Shown one piece after another: positions 27,701 through 42,274 of a stretch of DNA of 64,000 nt (position 1 is its first letter; every line of letters begins with the position of its first letter). Source of the stretch: Lytechinus pictus (Eukaryota); contig NC_087251.1 of assembly GCF_037042905.1 (NCBI RefSeq), forward strand, positions 12,772,001 to 12,836,000. The letters run 5' to 3'. The notes beneath the pieces were generated by a model, which was not told the DNA's origin, did not search any database, and was given only the letters and a program-made list of their open reading frames with translations. Position numbers and translations under genes: made by a program.

Positions 27701-28337
27701 ATTAAATTATAATTCATTGTGGTTTTCACCTTACTACAGACTGTAGTAGTTTTAAATGTAATACACATACCAATTGTTGCTATATTTGGAGTAAGGCACA
27801 TGCTTCTAAGGACTTTCAGGTACTTGACTAAATTGTAATTCTGAGTAATCAGGATGTGAGAGGGAGAAGACAACCAAATCTATATATTTGTAGGCTTACA
27901 TTGTAGGCAATGTTTCTATTTAAGAAAACATTGAAAAAAAAAATGAATTGAAGAGTACGACAGACTTCCTGTATGTGCAGAAGCTTTTACATTTCATTTT
28001 CATTCTAAAACAGAAGTACTTTGTTCACCAGATTTGTGATAGTTTTTAACAGTTAGAATTTCATTTTTAACAGTTTGAAATTCTACTGTGTGTATCAGTT
28101 CTTCATGATATCCAAATGAATTTATCCTTTCCATTTTTTGTCAAGGTGATACAATTCACCAAATATATAATAAAAATACTTTAATGGATGAATATATATA
28201 CAGCAGCGGATATTAGCTCTGTCATATCTTTCTAATTAGTTCGCGCTTCCTAGAGTACCAAAGGAACAATAACCTTCTGGCTCTAAACAGATAATTACAT
28301 GGAAATAGAAAGCAGGGTGCATCCTATGAAATCACTA

Positions 28338-28701
28338 GGTGGTTTCAAACCGCCTCAATCACAAGAATCCCTGTTAAATTACGGTAATTTTTCAGGCTAA
28401 AAAATACCCATTAATTATTTCTGGTTTCACACCACCCCGAAACGTACATGTACCCTTCGGGACAACATGGTCTGATACATGTAAGCAAGCAAGGCACGAG
28501 ATTCAAAATCGCTAGCTCAGCAGCCACCCACAGCGCCCGCGCCCACCTACACGCTGGGCTAAACGTTCCCGTAATTTGCTTTCACACTGCCAAAATACCT
28601 GCAACATTGGAAAAAAGTTCTCGTAATTTTGACAAGTACCTACGTGTATGTACTATTTAGTGGGTATTTTCTTTTGGAGAGATTACACATAATTTGCTTT
28701 C
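28338..28701. mobile_element. Partial, internally deleted relative of the 13832-14672 Harbinger-like MITE
   Basis: ggtggtttcaaaccgcctc...aagaatccctgttaaattacg matches the reverse complement of 14630-14672; the distal part matches 13885-13980 in reverse. Confidence 0.7.
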
Positions 28702-29563
28702 TAAGGAAAGCTCTTAACACATAGAAATGCTGTAAGCAAAATACAGACCGAGCCAACAGTTTTTCAAGAGTGGGCTATGTGCATTGAAATTTTCTGGTGC
28801 GCTGACAATGCCAACTGATTTCTTAATCAATGCTTACCATCGACCTGGTAATCAAATCACAGATAGGCTATAATCTAATAACGATGTATCTAAAAAAAGG
28901 TCTTTCATTTGAAGGGTCCCTGTCTATACTGACTTCTATTTTTATTCCATTATATTTCCATGAATGGGATGCACATAAAGCAATAACAAAAGGCAAATAA
29001 CTTCAATTTTCTTTTCTTTTTCTTTTTAAATGACACTTTAAAAAATCCATGTACAGAGTAGGTTTTGTAAAATAATTTAAGTTAACAAGTTAGATAAATG
29101 AGATCAGCTCTTTTCATTTACTTTTGACAAATGTTAACAAAATAAATATTAACAAATACATTATTTTTTATAGTGACCAGCTTTTTCTTAAAGTTTCGTT
29201 TTTTTTATTTTAGGGATGGGGTAGGTACGAATATGTCTTGATAAGTCAAAGTATACATCAGAGAACACAATGGGAAAATGCAATTTACACATGTTTAAAC
29301 TTAATATTTGCAGTCATTTTATAGCCTACACTACATGTTCAGTACATGCATTTTTTATGAGACAAAAATCAAATATTTTGTGTAAGTTTTTATCAAATTT
29401 TATATCCTTTGAAACATATCTGGGATTTTGATGCATGATAAAGATATCCCTGATGTTAACAATTAAGGTTCATAATCAGCAATCACATGTAAACAAAAAG
29501 AAAGGAAATTGTTTTAGGGTCAATTACATTACAGTCTATCTTCGCTGCCAGTCTATACTCCTA

Positions 29564-29802
29564 CACTCAAAATTCCACGGATTTAATTAAATCCAAATCG
29601 GCTGTGGATAGTGATTTAGTGACCAGCCAAATGTTTGATTTATTTTAAATCTGTAGGATTAACTTTCAAATCTCAAAAGATTTAAATTCAAATCTTTCAG
29701 ATTTATATTTAAATCTACAAGGTTTAAAACTAAATCTAGCATTCAGCTGGTCACCATTCACAGCTGATCTGGATTTATTTTAAATCGTTGGAATTTAGAG
29801 TG
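29564..29802. mobile_element. Small MITE with CACT...AGTG termini and TA flanks
   Basis: ta|cactcaaaattcca...tggaatttagagtg|ta; internal gattta/taaatc repeats. Confidence 0.65.
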
Positions 29803-30631
29803 TACCATGTACAATATAGAGCTGATGTTAAAACTGAACTAAGCATCAAGTAAAAACCAACAGCACTAAATTCATATGTTTCACACAGTATCAGTTTATT
29901 CATTGCCCCTACCCACCATCAAATCTTATTTGATTGATATTGTGAATAACCTACATTGTAGTGGTCTGCAAATTAGATTTCCTGCAATCTATATCAATCA
30001 TCACAAGTAAATAGAGGTTTAACAAATGATTTAATTGTTCCTAATCTAAAAATGTGTACAAAGTAAGATGTGTGTAGTAAATTCAATTCATATGATTTTC
30101 CCCCATTGAAACACACTAAAATTAGAATAAGTATTTTTCCCTCAGAGTTAAAAACCATGAATCTTTCCAAAACATCAAAAATTGAGTGTTGACTACTGAA
30201 GTCATGGGGAATGGTATTATTTCAATTTTAATAGCTAACATAATCTTTGACTTTGAGGTTAATATATATAATTGAAGTAAACAAATTTATATTGCAATTT
30301 GCATGGCAGAGTTTAGCTGGTAGGCCAAGATCCCAGAGAGTACAGGATCAACATTTTTAGAGCATTTCTTTGAAACTTTTTAATCAGAATGGGCAATTTG
30401 AAATGCATTTAACAAAAAGGGTTTATATGTTTTTTGTGATATACATGTACATGTAAACGTATGTAAAATCAACAATGCATCATCATAAATATTCATACAT
30501 ATTTAATGTAAACAATTTACCTTTAGGTGCATCCTTGTAATTTCAAAATAAATTAATTTTTTATGTTTTTGTTTAACTTTTTGCTGTTTGTTTAATTGTT
30601 TAATTGTCTTATAATGTAGATTTAACACTTA

Positions 30632-30943
30632 GGCCCGTATTCTGACGTCAGGTTTAAGTTAAACTCAGGTTTAAAGTTGTGGTTTAAGTATGGACAGCCA
30701 AAAGTATCAATTTTGTTTATTAAGTTGTACGTTTCTTATGTTTGCTGTGCTCTTTCCTGATTCATCGATGGTGAAGACAATAATCTATATATACTCCCTA
30801 GACAATTATGAATGATTTGAGAGCCAAATGAGCTGAAATATTATATCCCTACTGTTAGTGATTTATGTAACAATTGGCTGTCCATACTTAAACCACAACT
30901 TTAAAGCTGAGTTTAAGTTAAACCCGACTTCAGAATACGGGCC
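30632..30943. mobile_element. MITE with ~70-bp TIRs (Harbinger-like)
   Basis: ggcccgtattctga...gtatggacagcca / tggctgtccatac...tcagaatacgggcc. Confidence 0.85.
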
Positions 30944-30944
30944 A

Positions 30945-31173
30945 TATTGTTTAAGTTGTACATACTGTACATGTACCATTGATTTCCTGTTTTATGTAAT
31001 TATTTTCCATTGTATCATACATGTATGCTTGTTTTGGGCTCCTACTGATAAGCTCTTTGCTTCTTAAGGGGTCCGCGGCTTATGTATAAATTCCTAATTT
31101 TATTGTACACATTAAATTGTAAATATTCTTTTAAGGTTTTACACATGAAGGTGAAATAAAATGAAATGAAATG
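30945..31173 (+). mobile_element. LINE 3'-end fragment (CR1/L2-group type)
   Basis: Small GC stem-loop followed by aataaa and a (AAATG)n tail, like the 3' end of the 42275 LINE. Confidence 0.45.
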
Positions 31174-31634
31174 TATAAAAGGTATATTTTAATAAAATGC
31201 ATCACACTATGTGAACACTGGACTTCTTGCTTTTTTTTTTATTTGTTTGCAACCACAATGATTAATCTTTTTTGATCCAAGACATAATTTGAATTCAAAC
31301 TCCATTTCTAAGGAAGAACATGTACATCATGCATAGAGATACAAATATGCATGTAAATGTACAGAACGGTTCATTTAATTTTACACAACCTTTTGATAAA
31401 TACACAAGTATTCACCTTGTTAGGTGCTCAAGGAGCTTCTACATTTGTATATTATCCAGGGTCTCAACGATTAACTCTCTTCTTTGTTCTGAAAAAAATT
31501 GTATGTACATGGATAGAGTTTTGCTGAGAATTGAGTTTTCACCTGCAATTATCATGTGTGCTTCAAAAAACTTATTCTGCCAAATAATCAAGCATGTATT
31601 TGAATTCATTCTTAGTCTTGAATTAATGCAAAAT

Positions 31635-31844
31635 TGATGCAGCCATTACCCAGGGTAGGCTTTCAGCAGGCAATGCATAATGTGATGTTAAGTTGTTAAC
31701 ATTACCCCTCTCCATTCTCAAAAGCACCAGACAAGAAGGCAGAAGGTCAAAATTTTTAAGTCTCTGGTATAACTCAGCCGGGAACGAACCGACGACCTCT
31801 CGTTCATGAGGCGGGCACTCTACCACTGAGCCACCAGGTTCGGT
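31635..31844 (-). mobile_element. tRNA-derived SINE
   Basis: Minus strand shows A box TGGCTCAGTGG and B box GGTTCGTTCCC followed by a non-tRNA body (gagttataccagagacttaaaaa...). Stems are imperfect, so it is not a functional tRNA. Confidence 0.75.
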
Positions 31845-33292
31845 ATGTCACGTTTTTGTAACTTGCTGCAAAAAAAACCCCTCCAAAATAGCTCATCTCA
31901 GACATTAGCCTTATCTTCATCAGCCAAAATCATTGAATTTAATAATTCTCCTGCTCAGGCTGATAGAGTCATGGTGTCCTGATTCTTGAGATTAGTAAAC
32001 TCAACAGAGAACTAACAAACCTGCTAACAATAGCAACATATGAACACTTATCACTAGACAGTGCAATCATTGTAGAAACAAACAAATGTGAAAAGAGTGG
32101 AAATAAAAAAATAATAAAAAACTTATGAGCCAACCTTTAGTGAATCCTCATTGTCTGAAAAACACTGAATTATTAATCAATCTTGGAGGGTGTTCACGAA
32201 TTGCGGGTTCAAATTATCTTTTTAAAGCTAGAATCACAAACATGTATCAAAGCAATACAAAACATGGTTATTGCAAGAAAATAAAAGCTTTCAAGCTTTT
32301 TAAGCTTTTTACAAATCTCTGATTCTCCCGTAATTCAAACCAGTTTGAGATCCAAAAAAAAGTGTAGGCCTGTGTGGCGACATGTAAATGTGCAGGACAA
32401 CACTGACTCTTCTATTCAAGTCTTTGCCAAAGCAATCCCAAACCAAATGTATGTCACTGTAATAACATCATAGAATCATAATTAACGTCTACACAGCATT
32501 AAACAGTCTTTGCAACTACAATTCTGCAGAATCACGATAGAAATTAGGAAAAAAAAACTTGTAGTATGCCTTTACTAGCTTTTCAGGTTTGCATTTTGAC
32601 AGAACTTTTATTTTCATGACTGATGAAAAAACCCTATAATGCAACAAGTTGTTGAATTTCGAACTTAGATTGATTACAAAAGAATACCAAATACTGTACT
32701 TTCAGTACTATTGAATCCAATCTTGAGGCCCATTTTTTATGTGTGAGTGTTAAGCCCTGGGGGTAATCTGGAATCCGCTTCACTGTAATTAAATGTGCAA
32801 CACAGATCAAAGTTTATCATATCAATTTGCAAACTCTATTTGCAAAGTAGTTGCATTTCTTTGAGAAAGATATGGGGATTCATGTTACCAAATGATTAAA
32901 AATGTGGGATTCCCCATTTTGTAACAAGGAATTTAATCCACATACATGTACATAATCCCAATTTTAAATTACAAGCAAAATACATCCAATTATCCATTTT
33001 AATTACCTATCTGAAATAGGAGCGTTACTTGAAAGGACTTTTTGTCTATAGATCAAAATGTGTTTTCTCTGACAGTTACCATAGAAGCAGTCCTCCTAAG
33101 CCAATCAAAATCAATAAAAGTTGTCAGAAAACAAGGGTTGAAGAAACATTCATCAGGAATACATTAATTTCCAGCATAATGCAGATTTTTGGAACATCTA
33201 CGTGTATGTATTTCACTTGTGTTTGCTACGCCCCCCCAAAAAAAAAAAAAAAAATCTGAATGTTTTCAGAAAATATCAGTCCACTTCTTTAA

Positions 33293-33891
33293 AGGACAAG
33301 TCCACCCCAACAAAAAATTTATTTGAATAAAAAGAGAAAAATCCAACAAGCATAACACTGAAAATTTCATCAAAATCAGATGTAAAATAAGAAAGCTATG
33401 ACATTTTTAAGTTTCGCTTAATTTCACAAAACAGTTATATGCACATCCTGGTTATTATGCAAATGAGGGGACTAATGACATCATCCACTCACTATTTCTT
33501 TTGTATTTCATTATATGAAATATAAAATATTCTAATTTTCTCCTCATTGTCCAGTAAAACAACGATTAATTCCTCCATGAACATGTGGACTTAGCATTGT
33601 TTAATATCATATGGTTCAGTCAAGTTGGTCCTTATTGTCAAATCTGTAAAAAATGAAATATTGTATAATTCAAACAATAGAAAACAAAAGAAATAGTGAG
33701 TGAGGGATATCATCAACCATCTCATTTGCATGTCACTGAGTTGTGCATATTACTGTTTTTAAATAAGCGAAACTTTAAAATGTCATAACTTTCTTATTTT
33801 ACATCTGATTTTGATGAAATTTTCAGGGTTATTCTAGTTTGATTTTTCTCTATGTGTTCAAATCAACATTTTTCTGGGGTGGACTTGACCT
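33293..33891 (+). mobile_element. Intact TTAA-type foldback MITE (family of 18525 and 20070)
   Basis: ttaa|aggacaagtccacccc...ggggtggacttgacct|ttaa. Confidence 0.9.
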
Positions 33892-36800
33892 TTAAATAAA
33901 CAAGTAGACCACATAAGTCAAATTTGTATAGTATTCCGAAGTCTTTGGAAACTTAGCCAGCTCTATTTTTGGTACAGTCATCACACTAAAAATATGAGGT
34001 TTTCACCTTTTTTTCCTTTGGAGATTGTTTCTTGTCCCTTTAGATTGCAAGCATCATATTTCTATTTCCCAATGTACAATGATATGACCTCATAATGCAG
34101 TAGATCAACAGCACCCTTGGTTATTCTCTTTTTGTGGGCTTTGATTTATTCCATTTAGTCTCACAAAACATGACTCTACAAATTGACCTGACCTGGCCTT
34201 CATTACAAATAGAGTTCTAAAATACATTGAACTGTAAAGTGGATAATGGCATGATTACTTCTTTTACTGTGTATTTGTATTGTCTGTTTGGTTTATCTAT
34301 TTTGATAATTGCTTTCTGTAAATACAAAGTTTTTTTTGAAGGCTCAGTGATTTTCACTCCAATTTCTCAATGCCCATCAAAATCAGCATTTTGGGGGGTA
34401 AATCACGAATATGACACGAATATCTTCTGTCTGTCATTTATTTCATTATTACTTCTTCTATGTAAATTAAAAGCTGCCCTCATTTCTATAATTTGTTCAG
34501 ACTACAATTTATACAAAGTACCAACAAAACATCTGAAGCAAATCTCTATTAAACAAAAAAGCGAGATTCAATATTAAAAAAAATCATTTTCATTAGTTCT
34601 TCACTATTTTCTTTCAGAATTTCTCTTCTGTTTTATGAAAATTGCGGGACTTCAGATTAATCATAAAAACTACTACTGAAAGGAAGCCCCCATATTTTGG
34701 GAAAAGTATATAAATGTCATGGAGAAGTATTACTTCCCACAATACTGTACAACCAGACAATAGACATCAACCTTATAGGAAATATAAATGTTGTTTTGTA
34801 TTCATGTACATCAATACAAAATTTTCAATAGTGCTCAAGAATAGTTGTGTCTTGTGAATATTAAAAATGCAATCAGGGAATTTAATCTAAAATGCAACGT
34901 GAACCAGGAAACAAGGAACGAACAGATAATGTAGTTTTCAATTTCATTCTCAAGTTAGTTACTTCATACAATAGTTTCCATGGAAAATGCTTGATTACAT
35001 CATATCCAGTTTTAACACACAGCCTAGACAACATCATTGCAATCACGTAAACCAAGGAGGAAATATACACTGAGCACGGCCTCACTTTGTATTATTCAGA
35101 CTATTCAAGAGATATTCAGAGATAAAATCCGTTGAGAAACAAAAAGGTGTAACTTTTACACTTTAACAAAGAATTAATGCCCATTCATCCCTCAAAGGAG
35201 ATATGATCTACCCGTATCCAATCAAGATTCCACATCACACATGCAGCAGAAGTTCTACAGAACAGCATTAATATGCATGTTAAATTCTGATCGTTTGATA
35301 GCCGTAACTTGATAGCATCTTGCACCTACCATGTTTGTTGGTATATTCAAGCATGGAGGTAGAAAGTGCTTCTCGTAAACTAGAATCACAAATCAAAATG
35401 GGAATGCAAAACAACAAAACACACTTACTGCACGAAGCGTTTAATCATTTTTTTTTCATTGAAGCTGATTCTCCCTCATTTCAAGACGTGACACTGAACA
35501 CCACTCCACAAAGTTTCACAAGTAAAGATGGTACCATAAAATCATATTAACGGTATAAGCCAATTTTCAATGTTTCATGTTACATTTTGAAAGAAATGTC
35601 ATTTTGCAGGAAATCAAAAGGGTGTTGTTGCATCAAATTAATCAATTTTCAAATAAATCACTCAACTTGCTTATAACGGTCCTGCCCCGCTCCCTTTGTC
35701 AAATGTCAATACATACTTCTCATTTAGAAAATAATATATTTGATTACACAAAGAACCCTAAGAATAATCATATTTCAAATAATATCAAAGACTCAAATGA
35801 GCTTGGAAAGTGGAATTTTGATGACTGTACTGCACTGCACTCAAGGAAATACTATTAGGCTATTAATGTCAGGATTAAACCACATTTCACTTTTATGGTT
35901 ACTTGTGAACTTTTTATAGAGCCTAGAAGCATATTTGTAAATTTTTCATTAGGATTTTATAAATGATAATCAAGTACATCTACAAAATTAACAAACAAAA
36001 TCATCTTCTTTTCATCTCAAGGCAAATGTGAATCAGTACAATGACTTGAATGGACGCAAATAAAGTCATGACTGAGACTTGAGATTTTGAACAGCCCAAC
36101 AATGTTTTTTTTTCTCATTAAATAAGCCCTTCCCCTTAAAAATAAATATCTCAAATGATCTTTCATACAATTGTACACTGAATTTTTATTATTATTAATT
36201 TGAAAAGATCAGCTTCGATAGGATTCATTCTGGAATGTTACTGATCAGCTCCACATTGGGGGTATGGGTGTTTCATAAAGCTTTTACAAACAAAATTATA
36301 AACAACATTTACAGATGACTAGAATATGGAAAAATAGTCATTTCAATTGCTCCACAAGCAGATGAAGTTATAAAACTGATTGACCATGGTCATGTACATG
36401 TAGGGGCCAACATCCTATGAATTCTGCAACAAATATGGCATGTGACACATATTTATTAATTCAAAACAAATATAGTTGATTTTTTATGAATCTAGATGTT
36501 CACTAGTCTTTAATTCACTTATAACTATATTAACAATTTTGTTTCTCATGAAGTGCACCCCCCACACATTTACATTAATGAAAAGTATATCATTGGCCTA
36601 CTTGGAATAAAAGAGATTGATTGAAATCCTGGTTTTTTTTTAATCTCCAATATTTTAATTGTTATGGTAAGTTTTTACACCGTATTTCAGATTTAGCTTG
36701 ATTTTTAAAGAATTTTCTGGAAACCATTGCCCACAACAGGACTTGAGTTTGGCTTTCATCTCTTTTAAGAATGTGTATCATATTCATATTTAAAGTATGC

Positions 36801-37854
36801 TACACGGATGTAAATACAAATTTCTAGATTGAAATCAAAACTACATGTTTACCATTCAAACAGGATTATAATGTATTTTCAAAAACATCTGCAGGCTGTT
36901 TTCAAAATTGTCTGTGTCCTACTAGAATGTAAATATGTGGGTATATGAGATCATATTCAACTCTCAGGATCTTATGTTGAAATTTTAAAGGGGATTGACC
37001 TCTCCTATTTCCATGAGCAAAGACCTGTAAAAATGTGTCATGTACACTAAATACTTTATAATGCTTACCGGACATAACATTATTAACTTTTTTTAACATT
37101 ACATGCATAACATACATGTATAAACAGCATGTTCCATCCCTCCAACAAGTTATTTCCATATATCTATGCATTACACTGATTCTTTTGTCATTATCAGATG
37201 TAAAATATAAAAGTTATTGCATTTCATTGTTTTGATTATTTCAATCATTAAAACTATATAAGGAAACCAATGTCATTCATTTTCTTTTGCTTTTCTACAT
37301 GTATAGTGCTGGCATTGCGATGTACCTACTGATGTGAAATTCCTTGAAGATTTAGTTGAATCTTTCGTGAATTTACAATTATTGAAAGGCCCGTTACAAA
37401 CATGTGCAAATAATCTTATTTAAGAACAATATTACTCACCTAATTCTGGTTTGGCTGGTAAAGAGACTAGGTATGAATTTGTATTAAGTTCTAACACCAA
37501 ACATGTACATATGCAGAGGTGTTGGTCATTACTAATGAAGATTAGGTTCAGAAGATTTGGGCCTACTAACCTATTTTATGCACTCAGCCTCTTGAAAATG
37601 AAGCTATTATTAGATCCAACCACAACATTGTCAAACTATGTTAAGAGATTGACCTATTGTGTCTATCACATACACATGGGCGCTCATCAAGACAAGAATG
37701 ATTTGGCCTTTGTAGAGTCTTGGTGTAGTCAGGGATAAGGTCAATGGGCTACTGACTGTACATACATGTATACATTATAATTCAATCTGAACCTGGACCC
37801 GATATGTAAATTTACATGGATGACACCAGACCAACATTGATCAGTTCTGAGCAT

Positions 37855-38783
37855 CAGGGGCCCGTTTTTTTCCCAACACCTGGACAAGTTAGTCGCATCT
37901 TTATCAACCAACCACGGAGTTAGTTCCAATCTTACTAAACCCGTTTCACGAAATGCTTCCTAACTAGAATCCCTTGATTTCGATACTATCGGTAGAAAGA
38001 GCAGACAAGACGTAGCCTTAGTCACAAAATAGCATAATTTTTAACAAGCAAAAATATGATAAAACTGCAATTATTGATGAATTTGGAAATGCATCTAATC
38101 AAAATAATAGCAGAGGCAAAATATGTACCATGCATACTTATACCATGAAGACTGGGGCATTCAATTGCTGAGAAAATGAAATTATGAATAATTAATTTCA
38201 TGACTAAAAAATCACATGTGGACGTTGAGATGGGTACCCCAGGGAGAGTAAATTTTAATAGTTTACGAAAGTAAACCACAATGATTTTCGCAATTCTTTG
38301 CATAAATTAGAGATAGAGTTTACCAAAGTGTTGATAAGGGTCTGAAAACAACGAATACGAGTCCAGTTATGGATGACCTGACGTGGTAGAATCTTTATCG
38401 ATTCAATTATTTACTATTTCAAATTAATGGTTTTGTTGTGTTTTACCAACAGTTTTTATAGTTTTTGTGCATTATAATTATTATTGAATGATTTATCACA
38501 TCTGTTTTGCAATGTAATTTCAACTTCTATGATTGATTCCGTAAGATTATCATTTTCAAATTTCGAGGCACTTTTGCATGTCATAGTCTACCCACGTGAT
38601 GCCACTACGTCATTAAGAAAGAAGTTATAACAGGTTCGGTGTCATGTCATAAATATTTAGTCAGGTCATTGTCCCCGATCTTGGCAAAGAGGGCTTCGTG
38701 AAACGGTTAGCGCACAAGTAGCTCACTATCTCCGATTTAGTCAAGAAGTTAGACTTATGACGGTGTCGAGAAACGGGCCCCTG
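37855..38783. mobile_element. Non-autonomous TIR element (caggggcccgttt / aaacgggcccctg)
   Basis: 13-bp perfect terminal inverted repeat extending imperfectly; inner second pair ccgtttcacgaa / ttcgtgaaacgg. Confidence 0.75.
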
Positions 38784-39309
38784 GTTCCTAGATACATTAG
38801 AATTATCTACCATGCATTACCAAGTCTGAAATACCTTACTTCTCTGCTTCCTTCAAACCTGAAGATTCTTGCAGAACTACCTTGCAAACTACGGTATTCA
38901 TGACATACATGGTGGATCATAAATATAAATATCATATAATTTCATTTGTTTCTAAAATGCCTTTATCTTAGGTTTTAACTATACCGGTAATTAATCAAAG
39001 AATTTCTAGTGGTTGGTATGAAAATCATCAGCTGTCATCCATCTATTATTAGGCTACATAGTAAACCCTACCTCAAACTTTCTAAACTTTGAGACCTAGA
39101 TCTACTTTTCCTGAGAAAAAAATTGGAAGAAATATGAATTCCCAGAGGGATCATCAAATGTTCTTTTGTTTTCAGCATAAATGTACAGTGTACATGTATT
39201 ACCAGTTCCCTAGAATTAACTTTCCTGTTTTGAGAGAGAGTTGGTTCGCCAACCTATGTCAGGATTCCATGTCCAAGTAATACATGTAGGAGTAGTAGGA
39301 ATTGAAATT

Positions 39310-39730
39310 GAGATTTTAAGTCTTGTTTAGTTAGTCCCCGACAATGAGGGTGGCCGGATCACCTTGCACTCACACAGATCATCTTCACTCCCCCTCCACT
39401 GTTCAGTGCATCCTCCTCCCTCAACCTAACCCTCCTCCTTCCCTCCACCACTTGCTTCTTCCATGTCCACTTGTTGTCCCCTTCCCTCTAACCAGCCACC
39501 TCAAAGCTCAAACTTAAGTACCCTTCTCAAAACATGATCAACATCTCCTCAAGTCCTCAACACATGCCCCTATCAACATACTCTGTTTGCCTTGGCCATC
39601 TGATCCACATTTCTTCCAAACCCTATGTCATTAAAACCCCAGTGTTCTTCCAGTCTCTCAGGCTTACACTTCACATCACTCTCACCAATGTTCTCTTTCC
39701 CCATCTGGCAGAAGTCACTTCCACCTTATG
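39310..39730 (-). mobile_element. Degraded RTE-clade LINE 3' fragment
   Basis: Minus-strand translation with stops and frameshifts gives ..QMAKANRV..GHVLR..DHVLRRVLKFE..RGRG..TWKKQV, typical of RTE ORF C-termini. Confidence 0.6.
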
Positions 39731-40528
39731 AGATTTTTTTTGGTCATTGATGTTTTGGAGTCCATAATTAGCGAGGGTCATAAGAATCTCTGGAAGTCAA
39801 CATCATGGATTTAACCCCTGGAATATTTTTTTAGCAGCAACTTGGATCTACAGTGTGTGTAGTTCAATAGCAGGTTTGTTCATGTATCTTATGCATGCAA
39901 GTCCCCTGCCAGTGCAGGTCCCTGTATTTATGGGGAGGGAGTTGAACTTCAAATTGAAGTCATTTTCGTCCGATATTTGGAACCGTCCGATGTTTGGGGA
40001 CTTTACTCTTATTTTGAATCTTCTCCATATTTTTATTTTCAATTTTGGGTGGCTGTCGCAACAGGAACTCTTCCCAAAATAGGATAGCAATGGCCTCCTC
40101 CAAATCCAAAACAAAATTGTGCAAACCCCCCCCCCCCCCCCCCCGATCATCGTCATGCTGCAACCCACCCACATGCCGCTGTGTGAGTGGCTGCAAATTG
40201 CACATATTTTTACACGTCTTTTTACATCAGGACACTCAGATCTTAATAGTTCTCTACTAGTACTACTAGTTTTGTGATTCTTAAAAAAAAACATTCAACT
40301 CAAGCAAAACCTTGTGTTGCATGGGATTTTATCATTTCACTTTATAACACAAATATGAACGAATAAGCCACCCATTCACCATTTAACAATAACAGTAACA
40401 CATCTCATTCTCAGCCCTGCACAAACGTCGCACTCGCAAAACAACAAGCACGGAAGCCAACTGTCCACCGGTGGGAGTGTGCAGGCTTGGCTGTTCGCAA
40501 TCCTCGGTTCAATGTCAGAAATACTTAC

Positions 40529-40790
40529 GTGCAATCATTACTGTTCCACGATCATTCTCAAAGAAAATGTCCTATTTTACTGATACACCTTTGTTGAGTA
40601 TGTTCTTCAGTATCTATTTTCGGTGATAAAAAGAATTAATAACTGGAACATGGAGTAGATATCCGTACTACAATAGTCTGGTCTACAGAGTTGTTTTTCA
40701 GTGGTAGATGATACCACTTGTTACTTCCGTCATAGTTGAGATCACGATAATACTTGTATGAACGCAAAATTATCAACAGAGGGCACTTAT
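40529..40790 (-). promoter_or_regulatory. Candidate promoter and non-coding first exon of the minus-strand gene
   Basis: Donor CAC|GTAAGT at 40529/40528; ETS-like CGGAAGT near 40723-40729; CTCF-like TCAACAGAGGGCAC at 40773-40786; locally CpG-richer, non-repetitive sequence. Confidence 0.45.
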
Positions 40791-41339
40791 ATTAGTACAC
40801 ATGCATAAGATAGAGGCCAGAGGAGACTCCAGCCCCTGACCACAGTTTGTTTTCACCTGAACTGAGAAATTATCATTCTGTCCGATAATTTTTTTATTTA
40901 CCAAAATTTACTCTTGCAAGAATAAAGAAAGGTGACATTAGAACCTTGAATAAATCATCACAACTGCATTTGTGAGAGTTCTTATTTGTAGCGTGTATAG
41001 CCAGAGGGGGTGGGGGTATTATTATTATTCCAGTGACACCCGGGCAGTGACATCAACATTTACAAACAGCAATGAAATACATCTACAATCATAAACTGAC
41101 AAATCGCTTTATACATATATGACGGTACCGATAAAATGGGTAAAATCACAGAATAGATAATAAAAAACATGTACATAATCATTTATGAATCACTTTAACT
41201 AGTTATTGCTATTTATTGGCATGCTCTATTGCATTTTTGTGCACAGAGCTTATTATCCAGAAGTTTCTTAAATTCTGTTGGATGGCAGCTGCTAACTTTA
41301 TTTCTTTTGTTCTTTTATTTCTTCGTTTCTTTCTTTCTT

Positions 41340-41676
41340 TGTTTTTTGTCACGATGATGTGTTGTGTTGTTTTTGTGTATGTAATTTAATTGATAAAATG
41401 TATTATTACTAAGTAGGCTAAGTAGTTATATCAAAAGTAATGTATAAAAAAGGGAACCTTATCTACAAGCATTCTGCTTCTAAGGTTTCCTCCACTTTTC
41501 CGTTTTTTATGTACTTAAACATGTATTAATATGTAGTGATTAAGAATGCTTGCTATTTATACTTATATAGTCTACGTGTGTAATGGTTGCTCAGCTTAGT
41601 TATGTAAGCTAAGTTATCAAAGTTTTGTAACATATAACGGATTTGTGGAAATAAAACCTAAATGAAATAAAATGAA
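41340..41676 (+). mobile_element. LINE 3'UTR fragment
   Basis: Stem-loop gggaacctta...taaggtttcc, aataaa and an aaatga-type tail. Confidence 0.4.
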
Positions 41677-42274
41677 CTAGAGTCCATTCTTACACAAAAA
41701 AAATTGCCTTTCTATGCAAAAATCTAATTTTGTGATAGATTTTGACATGATAGGCCCTATTAAAAACATTCACATCATTTTCCTTTACTTTCTTTACTCC
41801 TAATTCTTTCTTGATCGTGACACCTTTTTTTTTTTGGGGGGGGCCACATATCTTGATACCAGCTGAGGGGGGGAGGTACCAGTTCTCAAAGACTGTTAAC
41901 TTTATTTTTACAAGACGAAAACAAGATCACTGCGAGCGAGAGCTGAAATTTAAGAGAAAAAAAATGACCTGAAAATAAACCAATTTGAGGTTTTTTGTTG
42001 GTTTTCATGGTTATTTCTCATATTTCAAATTATAATTTTTAATTATTTCTTTATCATGTTCTCAACATCATTAATGGGATAAAGGATACTTTAAAAATGA
42101 AGCAAGGGGTGGTAATAAACGGGGCACACCCAATGCGCTTGGTTGCGGGGGTCGGTGTAATTTAAAAAAAAGATAAAGTCATGTTCGAGAGACGAGAGAC
42201 GAGATAAGCAGACAGAGAGTTTTCGGCTATAGAAATACATCCTTAATTTTCATTCTGACGAACATTGTATACTG

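Noticed and set aside
26390-27880. Possible old LINE remnants (NYNL-like motifs)
   Set aside because: Too degenerate to support boundaries or a family by eye.
31770-31844. tRNA-Met-like gene (CAT in an anticodon-like loop)
   Set aside because: Acceptor and anticodon stems do not pair, and it continues into a SINE body.
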